Source: a virus
Direction: 5' to 3' (one strand)
IMG/VR virus record: IMGVR_UViG_3300046660_000510
Location: 10,927 to 74,926 of that record
Length of the DNA: 64,000 bases
Below are positions 8,201 through 17,810 of this stretch, piece by piece; the first letter of the stretch is position 1; the number at the start of each line of letters is the position of its first letter. A program made the translations under genes and the position numbers. The notes beneath the pieces are model-generated. The model ran no database searches and had not been told where the DNA came from. It worked only from the letters and a program-made list of their open reading frames with translations.

Positions 8201-9330
8201 CGGTCCCCCTCCAGCCTCTTCAGGAATGCTTCCCGCGCAGCCGGGCCCTCGAAATGGTGGATAGCCCACGCCAAGGAGGTCCGGATGCCAGCGGCGATGC
8301 CTCCCTGAGTGGCCCGGCCCTCCTCCGCGCCCGGCCTCGGCGGCTGCGCAGCGCACGCGGCCATCTTCTTCAGGTCGGCCTCGAACTGGGCCTTCAGCCG
8401 CACGTACTCAGCCGGAACGGTCCCCCGCGTCGTCCCGGACTGGCCCGGTTCCGCCTCCTTCGCCCGGTCCATGGCCTCGAGCAGCCGGTCCGCGTAGTCG
8501 ACGGACACGCCGTGCGGGGAGCAGAAGTCCCGCATCTCGGCCGCGAACTTGCGGGCCGCCGCCACCTCCGCCTTGAGACGGCCGATCTCCTCGCAGAGCA
8601 GATCCGTCGTCGGGCCCGTCACGTACGCCACCTTCTCGTCCGTCAGCAGACGCAGCCGCTCCCTGAGACGCCCACTCTCCCCCTGGACGTCCTCGCCCGC
8701 CTGCCGGATCACGTCAGCCAGATCGGCGTGCGCGTAAGGGTCGTCGTCCTCCATGAACCCGGCATCGCACAGGGCCCGTCGGATGTCGTCGAGTTGGTGT
8801 TCCTTCACTCGGCGGGCCGAGTGGGCCAGGCGCAGCTTCTCCTGCAACTTCCCGACCTGCTCGGGCGCCTCGGCAACGAACTTGGCCTTCGCGGCGCGTA
8901 CCAGGGCAGCCACCGCTTCCTGGCCCTCCTCGGTGAGGTCGCCTGATCCGCGAACCCGAACGGTCTCTCCGTCGACCTCTACCGGACGACAGACGTCCTG
9001 CTCGCCGTGGTCAGCGGAGACGGGCCGGATCTCCTTCTGGTCGACGATCGCCTGCACGCGGCCCACCAGCCGCTCCGCCGCCGCCAGGCTGTACGACATT
9101 CGGCAGCCGCACGGTTCGTTCACCACCAGCCTGTTGTCGATATCCAGAGGCCCCGACAGGGGGCCGATCATCTGCTCCCGCACGTTCGCTGCGCACAGAG
9201 CACACGGCGGGACCGGGTAGACCAGGAGCTTGTGGCCGCGGCGCCGCTTCCGGTTCCGGTACTCGCTGGCCACCATCAGGGTCAGCAACTGTTCGTCGGT
9301 GAGTTCGGGGGTCTCGGTTCGGTCGCTCAT
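8197..9330 (-). CDS. modular hypothetical phage protein
   Basis: long ORF, AAGGAG RBS, 4-bp overlaps. Confidence 0.7.
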   Translation of the reverse strand: MSDRTETPELTDEQLLTLMVASEYRNRKRRRGHKLLVYPVPPCALCAANVREQMIGPLSGPLDIDNRLVVNEPCGCRMSYSLAAAERLVGRVQAIVDQKEIRPVSADHGEQDVCRPVEVDGETVRVRGSGDLTEEGQEAVAALVRAAKAKFVAEAPEQVGKLQEKLRLAHSARRVKEHQLDDIRRALCDAGFMEDDDPYAHADLADVIRQAGEDVQGESGRLRERLRLLTDEKVAYVTGPTTDLLCEEIGRLKAEVAAARKFAAEMRDFCSPHGVSVDYADRLLEAMDRAKEAEPGQSGTTRGTVPAEYVRLKAQFEADLKKMAACAAQPPRPGAEEGRATQGGIAAGIRTSLAWAIHHFEGPAAREAFLKRLEGDR

Positions 9331-9533
9331 GCCACTCCTTCAAGGGCGGTGGGGTTCCAGGTGTCGGGTCCGGGGATGGTGCGGACACGGCGGCCGCGGT
9401 GCCGAGTCGGCCAGAGCCGACCCAGAGGCCTGCCCGAGCGAGGGCAAGGCGGATTGCCGTGCCGGGACAGCCAGCCACTGGCGGACAGCGCAGTCGGCTT
9501 CTGGCAATCCGGGCACGGAATACGGATCGTCAT
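9327..9533 (-). CDS. small zinc-binding protein
   Basis: CPDCQKPTAL...RHGNPPCPRSG. Confidence 0.6.
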   Translation of the reverse strand: MTIRIPCPDCQKPTALSASGWLSRHGNPPCPRSGRPLGRLWPTRHRGRRVRTIPGPDTWNPTALEGVA

Positions 9534-9625
9534 CGGGTGCCCCCCGTCCGGTAGAACCCGCCCGAGATGGTCAGGGCGACGGGCCGTTTGCAGATCGTGC
9601 ACACGGCCTTGACGCGGGCCGTCAT
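9530..9625 (-). pseudogene. 31-aa truncated paralog of downstream Zn protein
   Basis: CTICKRPVALTISG resembles CPDCQKPTALSASG. Confidence 0.4.
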
Positions 9626-9855
9626 CGTGCTGCCGCCCTTCCGTGGCGGGGAACGGTGCGCCTGGACTGGGCCCGGGCGGTGAAGGCGTGCTCGAGGAGC
9701 GTCGCCACGCCCATCACGGCGGCCGCGGCGAGTGGGTTGACCCACAGCGGGGGCCGGTACGTGCCGGTGACGGCTATCCAGGCGCCAGCGAACAGCCCGG
9801 CGAGGGCGACGATGACGCCGATCTGATCGAAGAGGGTGCGGAGACGTGGAGGCAT
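9622..9855 (-). CDS. small two-TM membrane protein
   Basis: two hydrophobic stretches, GGAGG RBS. Confidence 0.65.
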   Translation of the reverse strand: MPPRLRTLFDQIGVIVALAGLFAGAWIAVTGTYRPPLWVNPLAAAAVMGVATLLEHAFTARAQSRRTVPRHGRAAAR

Positions 9856-9952
9856 CAGCCCTCCCAAGACGATGTGACGGTGGGTAGTTGCCCGCCTGGG
9901 GGCAGAGGAGACTTTCAACGGGATTTCGTCACGCTGCGTTGACTGAATTGGG

Positions 9953-10399
9953 CTACGGATGCCGTTCCGACAGGGCAGCCAGCACAGAAAGGCCCGCCTG
10001 GCGTTTCGCCGGAATGTGAATCCACCGAGTGGCCAGCTCTGTCACCCGATGCACGGAGTCCTCGGCGCGAGCGTCAACCGGCTGGGCAGTCCGAACGTCA
10101 GCCGGCCCGACAGGCCCCGCGCCTTGCGCGGTAGCCCTCCGCTTCCACTTCCACGCCAGATGGCGAGCGTTCATATACTTCCTGCGCAGCTCCGTGTCGT
10201 CCACCTCGTCCGAACGGACCTTGGCAAGCTGCAGGATCCCGTCGCGCAGCCGGCGCCCCTCGATGTAGTCCAGGCCGCCCTTACGTTCAGCACGGGCAAC
10301 GAGGATGAGCAGCTGCTCAAGGGTCGGCGGGTTTTGGTGCCTGGACGGGACGGGCCCGCCACCGTGAGGCGACGGGCCCACCTGCACCGGGGCGGTCAT
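9953..10399 (-). CDS. hypothetical protein
   Basis: ATGA overlap with DUF1643 gene. Confidence 0.65.
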   Translation of the reverse strand: MTAPVQVGPSPHGGGPVPSRHQNPPTLEQLLILVARAERKGGLDYIEGRRLRDGILQLAKVRSDEVDDTELRRKYMNARHLAWKWKRRATAQGAGPVGPADVRTAQPVDARAEDSVHRVTELATRWIHIPAKRQAGLSVLAALSERHP

Positions 10400-10962
10400 G
10401 ATGCGGCTCCGTACGGCTCGAGGACGGCCGCACCGGGCAGGTACAGCGGATGCCGCGGCTGGCCCGTCGACGTCTGCCCGAGGCACTGCAGGCGGACGCC
10501 GCGCGCCCGCAGGGTCTCCGCCACGTGGGTGCCACGTCCGTTGTGCTCGACACCGGCCGCACCCCACGCCGCGACCACTGTGCTCGCGCCCCCGGTGGCG
10601 CGCCGTATGAACGCGTCGTTCAACGGGCCGACCGGGTCCGGGTGGTGACGCAGCGCCCGCGGGTCGGTGGAGCACAGGCCGAACAGGTTCACCACCACCA
10701 GGCCCCCGGCACCCTCGCGGCGTGCGAAGGACGTGCACCGGCGGATCGTCGGGTCGTCGTCCATGGCGTCCGCTGTGCTCGGGTTGAGCATGACGAATAC
10801 GGCCGGCTTCACCGTCGGGTCCCAGATCCGCGTCAGCAGCAACCGGTAGGTGCGGGCCGGGCTGTCGAACACGGCGGCCGCGATACCCCCGGCCAGGTCC
10901 TGCTTCTGCTCCACGTGCACGGACAACTCGGTATCCGACGGCAGCAAGGTCAGAACGCTCAC
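10396..10962 (-). CDS. DUF1643 family protein
   Basis: YRLLLTRIW...FVMLNPSTAD..DDPTIRRC...NLF...AAWG...GQPRHPLY. Confidence 0.9.
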   Translation of the reverse strand: MSVLTLLPSDTELSVHVEQKQDLAGGIAAAVFDSPARTYRLLLTRIWDPTVKPAVFVMLNPSTADAMDDDPTIRRCTSFARREGAGGLVVVNLFGLCSTDPRALRHHPDPVGPLNDAFIRRATGGASTVVAAWGAAGVEHNGRGTHVAETLRARGVRLQCLGQTSTGQPRHPLYLPGAAVLEPYGAAS

Positions 10963-11543
10963 TCGCCACCGTCCAGGCGCGGCTCCACACGGGCACGGCC
11001 ACGGTTGTAGTGCGGCACCGGGTCCTTGCCCGGCATGAACCCGTACGAGTCGCCGTCCAGCTCCTCACCGTCCGAGAGACGCCGGTACGCGGTGTCCGGG
11101 CCGTGCCCCATGTCGTCGTCCCCGGTGACCTCGATGCAGGCCGCGTACAGCTCCGACTCGGTCATGTCCCGAAGCAGGTTCTCCTTGCCCGCGGTGACGT
11201 CGTACACGTCGGCCTGCGGGACGTGCGCGAACGCCTCCTCCAGCGTCTTCAACAGCGCCACGAACTTCGCCTGCCACTCCTGCGGCATCGACTGCAGCAG
11301 AGTGCGCGGGAGGACCAGGTAGTTGGCGTACGACAAGCCGAAGTGCTTGTGGATCGCATCGTGCTCGATCTGGCCGACCGAGGAACGGTAGGAGGCGGCA
11401 AGGCGTTCGATCGCGTCGAGGTGCTCCAACGCCTCGGTCGTGCTGCCAGCCTTGGCGTTCGCGTAGGCGTACCCGCCCTGCTGCTGGAGGCCAGCGAGCC
11501 AGAGGTGCGGCTTGTCGGCGGTGGTTTCGGGTGTGGCGGTCAT
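10959..11543 (-). CDS. conserved phage hypothetical protein
   Basis: HFGLSYANYLVLPRTLLQSMPQEWQ motif; AGGAGG RBS. Confidence 0.75.
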   Translation of the reverse strand: MTATPETTADKPHLWLAGLQQQGGYAYANAKAGSTTEALEHLDAIERLAASYRSSVGQIEHDAIHKHFGLSYANYLVLPRTLLQSMPQEWQAKFVALLKTLEEAFAHVPQADVYDVTAGKENLLRDMTESELYAACIEVTGDDDMGHGPDTAYRRLSDGEELDGDSYGFMPGKDPVPHYNRGRARVEPRLDGGE

Positions 11544-11557
11544 GCGGTGGTGCCTCC

Positions 11558-12118
11558 TTAGGCGGGCAGGTAGTGGATGCGGATGGCCTGGTCGTCGCCC
11601 TCGGCGGCGTCCCAGCGGACGGTCCACGGCGATTCGGCGTCCTCGGGCTCCCACTCGAAGACCGCCCAATAGGGCTGCAGGTCCTTGGCGTTGATCCAGG
11701 CCAGGTCCACGCCGACTTCCGTGGCGTACGCCTGCGCGGCCGCGTACGCCTTGGCGCGGTCATCGGTGACGAAGACCCAGTCCTCGCCGTCCTCGCCGAT
11801 CGCGGCGAAGAGGACGCCCTCCTTCTCGTAGAGGCCGTTCGTGTCGCTGCGCTCGGGCGTGAAGCGGCCCATCGGCAGGTCCGGCACCGGGACGACCTCG
11901 TCCAGGTAGGTCAGGCCCTCGTAGTCGACGGGCGGGGTGAGGGTGGAACGTGTGCCGTCGAGCCGCACCCGGGCCAGGAGCTTTCCGTTCACGGCAGTCT
12001 CAGTACCGGTGATGATCCCGGGGGTGTAGAGGGTCTCGGAGTCGGCGTGCAGGCTGCGGTAGTAGGCGAACTCGACACGGCGGCCGACGACCGCCTTCTC
12101 CGTCAGGGTGCTCGTCAT
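11558..12118 (-). CDS. hypothetical protein
   Basis: TGATG coupling, codon bias. Confidence 0.7.
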   Translation of the reverse strand: MTSTLTEKAVVGRRVEFAYYRSLHADSETLYTPGIITGTETAVNGKLLARVRLDGTRSTLTPPVDYEGLTYLDEVVPVPDLPMGRFTPERSDTNGLYEKEGVLFAAIGEDGEDWVFVTDDRAKAYAAAQAYATEVGVDLAWINAKDLQPYWAVFEWEPEDAESPWTVRWDAAEGDDQAIRIHYLPA

Positions 12119-12408
12119 CAGTCGTCGTCCTCGCTGTCGTCGTCTTCCTCGGCCTTGGCGAGCGCCTGGGCGCACTGGGATTCGTCGTCACCCAGGAAGT
12201 CGATGTCGCATCCGGTCCCGCAGTCGGGGCAGCCGTAGCCGTTGCAGCCGGGGGCCTCGCAGCCGGAGTCGTAGGCGTCCTGGCCGCACCCGTGACAGCC
12301 ACGCTCGTCGGGGGTGTCCAGCAGGCGAGGGCGGTCTGGATCGAGGATCTCGATGTGGGTGATGGTGCCCGCGGTCAGCTCGATCGGATTGATCGGGATC
12401 AGGGTCAT
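12118..12408 (-). CDS. small Cys-rich acidic protein
   Basis: CHGC..CEAPGC..CPDC..C; AAGGAG RBS. Confidence 0.7.
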   Translation of the reverse strand: MTLIPINPIELTAGTITHIEILDPDRPRLLDTPDERGCHGCGQDAYDSGCEAPGCNGYGCPDCGTGCDIDFLGDDESQCAQALAKAEEDDDSEDDD

Positions 12409-12502
12409 GACGTGGTGTTCTCCTTGGTGAGGGTGCGGTGCAGGTGGTGGAGGGTGCGGGGTGTGAGCTGCCAGACGGCCAGCGGCCACCGGAGGAACGC
12501 GC

Positions 12503-12898
12503 TCACCACGGCGGCTCGTCGCCTCCCCAGCCGCCGCCGACGGCCGTACGGTTGCGGCGAATCCGGAGCGGCATTCCCCAGCGCTGCTGGTCCAAGCGGG
12601 CCTGGATACGGAGCCAGCGGTGGCAGACGTCGGTCTTGCAGTCCGCGCAGTACGGGTCAGCGCTCTCACCGGTGTGATCGGCGGCCCAGGCGGTGGTGGC
12701 GTGGTACTTCACGGGCTCCACGGCCAGACGGGCGGCGCGGCGCCGCAGCATCCGGTTCAGGATGGTTGCCTGATCCGGCTTCTCCCAGGTGTGCGTGTCG
12801 CTGAGAGCAGGCGCCCAGCGGCGGCCGTGGCTGTCCTGCTCGGTTCCACACCAGAGGCAGCCATACGGCGCGTCGAAGGTCAGGCGCTTGACGGTCAC
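12503..12898 (-). CDS. hypothetical protein with CxxC motifs
   Basis: GCLWCG..HG, CADC. Confidence 0.65.
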   Translation of the reverse strand: MTVKRLTFDAPYGCLWCGTEQDSHGRRWAPALSDTHTWEKPDQATILNRMLRRRAARLAVEPVKYHATTAWAADHTGESADPYCADCKTDVCHRWLRIQARLDQQRWGMPLRIRRNRTAVGGGWGGDEPPW

Positions 12899-13060
12899 GG
12901 GTGGTGCCTTCCGATCGTGGATAAGGGAAGGGCCGCCCGCCGGCTGGCAGTGCGTGGCGGGCGGCCCGGACAAGGTGGGGGGATGGGGTCCTGCCCCGGT
13001 GTTGGGGGCGGGGCAGGACCCCTGGTGGCCTCCGAGGGGGGCGGAGGCCGGGAAGGTGGC

Positions 13061-13300
13061 TCAGGAGGCCAGCGCGACCTGGCGGGGGGCGTCAGCGAGG
13101 ACGGTGACGGTCTGCGCCTGGCCCATCGGCGCGAGCTGCGCACTGGTGGCCAGGTGCACGCGGGAACCGGTGCTGCACTGGAAGTGGATGACTCCGTTGG
13201 CCGCGACGCCGAGGACGGTGCCGGTCTTGAGGAAGACCGTGCGACGGCCAGCGGTGCGGTGGACTCGGATGCGGGTGCCCGCGGTGAGGTTGGTGGTCAT
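13061..13300 (-). CDS. hypothetical protein
   Basis: GAGGA RBS. Confidence 0.65.
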   Translation of the reverse strand: MTTNLTAGTRIRVHRTAGRRTVFLKTGTVLGVAANGVIHFQCSTGSRVHLATSAQLAPMGQAQTVTVLADAPRQVALAS

Positions 13301-13313
13301 GGGGCGTTCCTCT

Positions 13314-13427
13314 CTACTGGCCGTAGTGGTCGGACGGGTCGTCGGGTGCGCCGTCCAGGGAGGCGCAGCCGTCGTAGTGGATGCCGGCCGCTACGTCTTC
13401 CGGGTGGGCGCCGCAGTCGCAGTGCAT
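13314..13427 (-). CDS. 37-aa Cys/His peptide
   Basis: MHCDCGAHPEDVAAGIHYDGCASL..; first ORF after promoter at 13465-13495; not in track. Confidence 0.5.
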   Translation of the reverse strand: MHCDCGAHPEDVAAGIHYDGCASLDGAPDDPSDHYGQ

Positions 13428-13464
13428 GAAGTCCCCCGGGGTGGTGGTTGGTGCGGTGTGTCCA

Positions 13465-13495
13465 CTCTAGGGCATCTTCTATTACGCGCGCAATA
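13465..13495 (-). promoter_or_regulatory. promoter with palindromic operator (TTGCGC-18-TAGAGT)
   Basis: TATTACGCGCGCAATA at 13480-13495. Confidence 0.75.
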
Positions 13496-13564
13496 CAAGA
13501 GGCGGTGGAATCACGACACAGGGGCCCGACCCGAAGGCCAGACCCCTACGCCGAACACCCGCCC

Positions 13565-14077
13565 CTAGAACGGCGGAGCGTCGTCCCAGCCGCCACCCGC
13601 GGCCTGCCCCGCCTGCTGCGCCGCCGCACCCCACGGATCACCCGACCCCGCAGACTGCTGCTGACGCGCCTGCGCGTACTCCTGCCGACCCGAACCCCCA
13701 CCGCTCGAGCTAGCCTTCGTCACCTTCGCCGTCGCCATCTTCAGCGACGGGCCGATTTCGTCGACCTCCATCTCAAAGACGGTCCTCTTCACCCCCTCCC
13801 GGTCTTCATAGGACCGCTGCTTCAGCCGGCCCTGCAGGATCACCCTCATGCCCTTCTGAAGGGTCTCGGCACAGTGCTCTGCCTGCTGCCGCCACACCTG
13901 GCAGCTCAGGAACAGGCTGCCGTCCTTGTCGTCCTCCCACGCGTTCGTCTCGCGGTTGAACTTCCGTGGCGTCGACGCGACACGGAACTTGGCAACCGCG
14001 GCCCCGCTCGGAGTGAATCTGAGTTCCACCTCATCGACCAGGTTCCCGATGAGGGTCATGACGTTCTCTCCGGCCAT
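13565..14077 (-). CDS. ssb: single-stranded DNA-binding protein
   Basis: [34 protein letters not shown]; DPW motif and acidic DDAPPF tail. Confidence 0.95.
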   Translation of the reverse strand: MAGENVMTLIGNLVDEVELRFTPSGAAVAKFRVASTPRKFNRETNAWEDDKDGSLFLSCQVWRQQAEHCAETLQKGMRVILQGRLKQRSYEDREGVKRTVFEMEVDEIGPSLKMATAKVTKASSSGGGSGRQEYAQARQQQSAGSGDPWGAAAQQAGQAAGGGWDDAPPF

Positions 14078-14078
14078 G

Positions 14079-15002
14079 TCAGGCCACCTCTTCCATCTCG
14101 TTCTGGTTCAGGTTTCGTTCACGCGGTACGTACACGCGTCGCCACACACGCCGGCCGTCGGCCTTCGCCTTCTCCTTGATGCGCTCCCACTGCCGTTCCG
14201 CAGCGTCCGGGGTCATGTCGAGCTTCGCCGCGATCTCATCCATGGTGTCGTTGGTCCACTCGAACAGGTGCTGCAGGACTTCCCGTCGGTCGATACGGCC
14301 GAGGATCACCGACTCGCCCATCAGCCAGCGGGACGCGATGTTCTCGCCCTCCGTCGTGACCGGCTCCAGGGCGTCCGTGAGCGGTACCGTCTTCGGGTCG
14401 TCGATCGTTTCGTCGTCCCACGCCAGCGGACCGTGGAGGCCAGCGGACGCCGCCTGCTTTCGTGTTCGGTTTGCAAGCTGACCTTGTACACCGTGGTCCT
14501 CCGGCTTCTGCGACCACAGCCGGTCGTACAGGGACGCCACCTTCCGCGCGAATCGTGCAGATACGCGCTGGCCACGGAGACAGGTGTTGAAGTTGTCCTT
14601 GCCCATTCCGATCTCACGGGCCAGGCGGGCCCCCGACCAGCCCAGTACAGCCAGTGCTTCCGTCCGACGCCGCGTGCCAGTCGCGTCGATCAACGCCGTG
14701 TCCGGGAAGTCATCCAGGGTCGGCCAGTAAGCCAGGACAGCTTCCGCGGTCTCCCGTAGAACCGTCCGCCCAGGGGGCCTGCCGTTGGCGCCGCGCATTA
14801 CGTTCTTCAGAGCAGACTGAGGGAGGTTCAGGCGACTGATCACGGCGGCCTCCGACATACCGGCCTCACGCAAGGCCAACACGTGCGCGCGGACCGGTGC
14901 TGCGTCCACATCCGGAGACTGCCACTGGCCAATCGCCTGCAACCGGCGTCGCCGTTTCTGCATGTGCTGGCGTGCAGCGCGCTGCGAGACCGAGGCGCTC
15001 AT
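14079..15002 (-). CDS. multi-HTH phage regulatory protein
   Basis: [16 protein letters not shown]; [21 protein letters not shown]; [12 protein letters not shown]. Confidence 0.75.
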   Translation of the reverse strand: MSASVSQRAARQHMQKRRRRLQAIGQWQSPDVDAAPVRAHVLALREAGMSEAAVISRLNLPQSALKNVMRGANGRPPGRTVLRETAEAVLAYWPTLDDFPDTALIDATGTRRRTEALAVLGWSGARLAREIGMGKDNFNTCLRGQRVSARFARKVASLYDRLWSQKPEDHGVQGQLANRTRKQAASAGLHGPLAWDDETIDDPKTVPLTDALEPVTTEGENIASRWLMGESVILGRIDRREVLQHLFEWTNDTMDEIAAKLDMTPDAAERQWERIKEKAKADGRRVWRRVYVPRERNLNQNEMEEVA

Positions 15003-15460
15003 ACCGTCACCCCCTGGACGGCAGCGGCCTGCTCCCGCTCCGCGTTGAACAGGCTGACCGCCTTCGACATCGCGGTCTTGTTCACGCCCAGCTGTCGTGC
15101 AATCTCGTTCTGGCTGACCCCGCGGGCGAGCTGCTTCTCAATCCACGCCCGCTGGCTGAGGCACCTGTCCAGGTACGTTGGCCGCGACCGGTGCATCTCC
15201 TTCCGCTGGCGTGCCGACTTGCCGCCCCACACCCCTGCCGTCTGTCCGGTCTTCAGGGCCCACTCCAGGCAGGCCTCCCGCACCGGGCAGCCGCCACAGA
15301 CCTTCTTGGCTTCCTGGGTCTGCTTACGCCAGCCGGGCGTGTTGGCGATCGGGAAGTGCAGGTCACGGTCGCCGTACTGGCAGGCGGCGTTGGCGCGCCA
15401 GTTCTTGTCGGACGCGGCGGGTGTCGTAAGGCGGCGCGTCTCGGTCGCGGTGACGGTCAT
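14999..15460 (-). CDS. WhiB family regulator with C-terminal HTH
   Basis: WRANAAC...AKKVCGGCPVREACLEWAL...GVWGG; SQNEIARQLGVNKTAMSK. Confidence 0.9.
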   Translation of the reverse strand: MTVTATETRRLTTPAASDKNWRANAACQYGDRDLHFPIANTPGWRKQTQEAKKVCGGCPVREACLEWALKTGQTAGVWGGKSARQRKEMHRSRPTYLDRCLSQRAWIEKQLARGVSQNEIARQLGVNKTAMSKAVSLFNAEREQAAAVQGVTV

Positions 15461-15963
15461 GCGGTGGCTCCGGGAAGGGTGTAGAGGCGGATGATGGCGC
15501 CCGGCTCGGGCAGGGCTTCGGGGTGCTCGAGGGGGAAGGCCTTCGTGGCGGTGACGCGGATGATGCGGGAGTCATCGGCTACGGCCTGGGCGTCTGCGAT
15601 GCCGTCGAATGTCGACCTGAGGAGCTTGTCGAGGTCGCCGCTGTCGCGGGTGTTGGGCCAGGTGCGGCGCCGCTTGGGTGCGCTGGCGGGCTTCCTGACG
15701 GTGAACACGATCTCGGCCTCGAGTGGCCCGTCCAGGGGCTTGGCGATGTGGGTGGCGGTCATGGCCAGGCGGCTGGCCTGAGTGACGAGGGCTCGCCAGG
15801 GCTTGACTCGCTTGGACTGCTCCACGAGGACGGCGGAGACGCGGCCGGATGCGGAGTTGAGGCGGTGCCCGGCGTACTTCTTGCTGCCCTGCGGTGCTGG
15901 CCGGCCGTGGACGACGATGGTGAGGCGGAGTTGTCGTTCGGTGTCGGGGGCGGTGATGGTCAC
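15457..15963 (-). CDS. rusA: RusA-family Holliday junction resolvase
   Basis: GRPAPQGSK...KPWR...GDLDKLLRSTFDGI...DDSRI. Confidence 0.9.
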   Translation of the reverse strand: MTITAPDTERQLRLTIVVHGRPAPQGSKKYAGHRLNSASGRVSAVLVEQSKRVKPWRALVTQASRLAMTATHIAKPLDGPLEAEIVFTVRKPASAPKRRRTWPNTRDSGDLDKLLRSTFDGIADAQAVADDSRIIRVTATKAFPLEHPEALPEPGAIIRLYTLPGATA

Positions 15964-15980
15964 GGTGGGTGGTCTCCTGG

Positions 15981-16475
15981 TCAGGCGGCGCGGGATAGGG
16001 CGGCTTGGGTGCGGAGTTGCTGGCATTCGGTGAGGCAGAGGTCGATCTGGTTGCGGTAGAACTCGGCTTTCGCTCTCCACGTCTGCATCTGGGGGGTGTC
16101 GGGGTTGGTGGCGAGTTGGCGGGTGACGTCGGTCCGCAGGTCTTTGAGGGCCCACCGCCAGCGGGTGAGGTTGTCGGGGTGGCGGAGGGCGAGCCGGTCG
16201 GGAAGGTCTGCGGTGCGTTTCACGTCGGCGTCGACCAGGTTGGTGAAGTCGCGCATGGTGAGGGTGCGGAGGCGTGCGACGGCGTCTGCGGGTGCGGTCT
16301 CGTAGGCGGGGAGGGTTCCTGCGTCGTTACGGGTGAGGTGCCACAGGCCGCAGATGCAGAGGTAGGTGTAGAGGGCTGTTCCGTAGCGGAAGCCGTCTTG
16401 GGTGCGCTGGATTTCGGCGTCGTCTTCGGTGGCGTGCTTCTTCTTGTGTGGGGTGGGGCAGGGCCGCGTGATCAC
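15981..16475 (-). CDS. hypothetical protein with N-terminal Zn ribbon
   Basis: CPTPHKK...YLCICGLWHLT. Confidence 0.7.
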   Translation of the reverse strand: MITRPCPTPHKKKHATEDDAEIQRTQDGFRYGTALYTYLCICGLWHLTRNDAGTLPAYETAPADAVARLRTLTMRDFTNLVDADVKRTADLPDRLALRHPDNLTRWRWALKDLRTDVTRQLATNPDTPQMQTWRAKAEFYRNQIDLCLTECQQLRTQAALSRAA

Positions 16476-17479
16476 TAGGGCACCGCCGGGAAGGCGTCGT
16501 GGGTGCGGCCGTCCAGGACACGTCCGGCGTTCTTCTTGCCGACGCGGGCGAGCTCGACGCGGTGGCCGAGGTCGTCGACGGGGTCGCCGGCGAGGAGCGT
16601 TCCCTTGCTGGTGGCGCCGATGACGAGGTAGCCCGTGGGGGCGTACTCGCCGAACTGCTTGAAGAAGAACGGGATGTGGTCTTGCTTGCACTGGTCGCGG
16701 AGGCTGGTGGCCCACTGGGGGGCCATCGGCCTGGCGCTTCGGCCGGACTCGCCGCCGACGATGACCCAGTCGAGCTTGCGGATGTGGCCCGAATCGCAGT
16801 GGCTGTCGGCGCACCTGGCGCACGCCTCGCCGTGTCCTTCGCCTTCGCAGCAGGGGCAGGTCTGCCAGACGTGGTCGCTGATCCAGACGGGGCCGAGGAG
16901 CGGCTCGCAGGACAGGAAGCGGACGGCCGCGGGGGTGTCGACGAGTGCCGGGATGCGGAGGTCGGCGCGCTTCTGGTCCTCGACACTCACGCCCAGCCAG
17001 ACGTTCGGCAGCGGCCAGCCCGCCTTGGGTAGCGGCCAGGAGCGTCGGATCAGCTTCGGGTCAGCGAACGGCGGGAAGTGCAGCAGCTCGTAGTCGACCT
17101 GCTTCTCGAACTCCGGGTTGCCGAGCAGGGCCCGCATGCGGCCGTGCCGCTTGGTGAGGATCTGGTAGGTGTGCTGCGGCGTCAGTGCCATGACGGCGAA
17201 CGTGCGGGCGATGAACTCGTCGGGGATGTCCTTGTGGAACAGGTCGCTCATAGAGTTCACAAAGACGCGCTTCTTCTTGCGCCACTTCAGCGGGAGCGTC
17301 AAACGCTCCGGGCGGAGGGTGACGTCGAAGCCGGTCTCGAAGTGGTGCCCGGGGATCCCGCGCCAGCGCTCGGCGAACGTCCGGGCATAACACGAGTCGC
17401 ACCCCGGCGATACCTCGTCGCAGCCGGTCACGACGTTCCATGTGGCGTCTGTCCACTCGATCTTTGAGCTGTCAGCCAT
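16475..17479 (-). CDS. DUF5131 / phage Gp37-Gp68 family (radical-SAM-like)
   Basis: SKIEWTDATWNVVTGCDEVSPGCDSCYA; FVNSMSDLFH; FLSCEPLLGP; WVIVGGESG; FFFKQ. Confidence 0.95.
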   Translation of the reverse strand: MADSSKIEWTDATWNVVTGCDEVSPGCDSCYARTFAERWRGIPGHHFETGFDVTLRPERLTLPLKWRKKKRVFVNSMSDLFHKDIPDEFIARTFAVMALTPQHTYQILTKRHGRMRALLGNPEFEKQVDYELLHFPPFADPKLIRRSWPLPKAGWPLPNVWLGVSVEDQKRADLRIPALVDTPAAVRFLSCEPLLGPVWISDHVWQTCPCCEGEGHGEACARCADSHCDSGHIRKLDWVIVGGESGRSARPMAPQWATSLRDQCKQDHIPFFFKQFGEYAPTGYLVIGATSKGTLLAGDPVDDLGHRVELARVGKKNAGRVLDGRTHDAFPAVP

Positions 17480-17810
17480 GGTCTGCTGCTTCCTCGATGG
17501 GGGCGTTGGCGGGCTTTTCGGTGCTGGAGTCGGTGAGCTCGGCGGCGAGCTTGTGGATGTAGGCGGTCTCGGCTTCCATCTCGGCTGCGGCGAGGGCGGC
17601 CGTGTAGCCGGGCGTCGTCTCGGGCCGGTCTGCCTCCTGGGGCGTGTAGCTCTGTACGCCAGCCGCGGTGAGGACGGCTTCGACGACGTGCTGGAGGATT
17701 TCCTCCGGGTCGCCCTGGAGGACGATCGCCATGGCGGCGGCCGGGCAGAGCTGGTTGAGGGCGCCGGCTGCCACGTCGGTGAGGCGGGTGGCCTGGTCGG
17801 TGTCGGTCAC
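17472..17810 (-). CDS. hypothetical protein
   Basis: coupled to neighbours. Confidence 0.65.
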   Translation of the reverse strand: MTDTDQATRLTDVAAGALNQLCPAAAMAIVLQGDPEEILQHVVEAVLTAAGVQSYTPQEADRPETTPGYTAALAAAEMEAETAYIHKLAAELTDSSTEKPANAPIEEAADHG

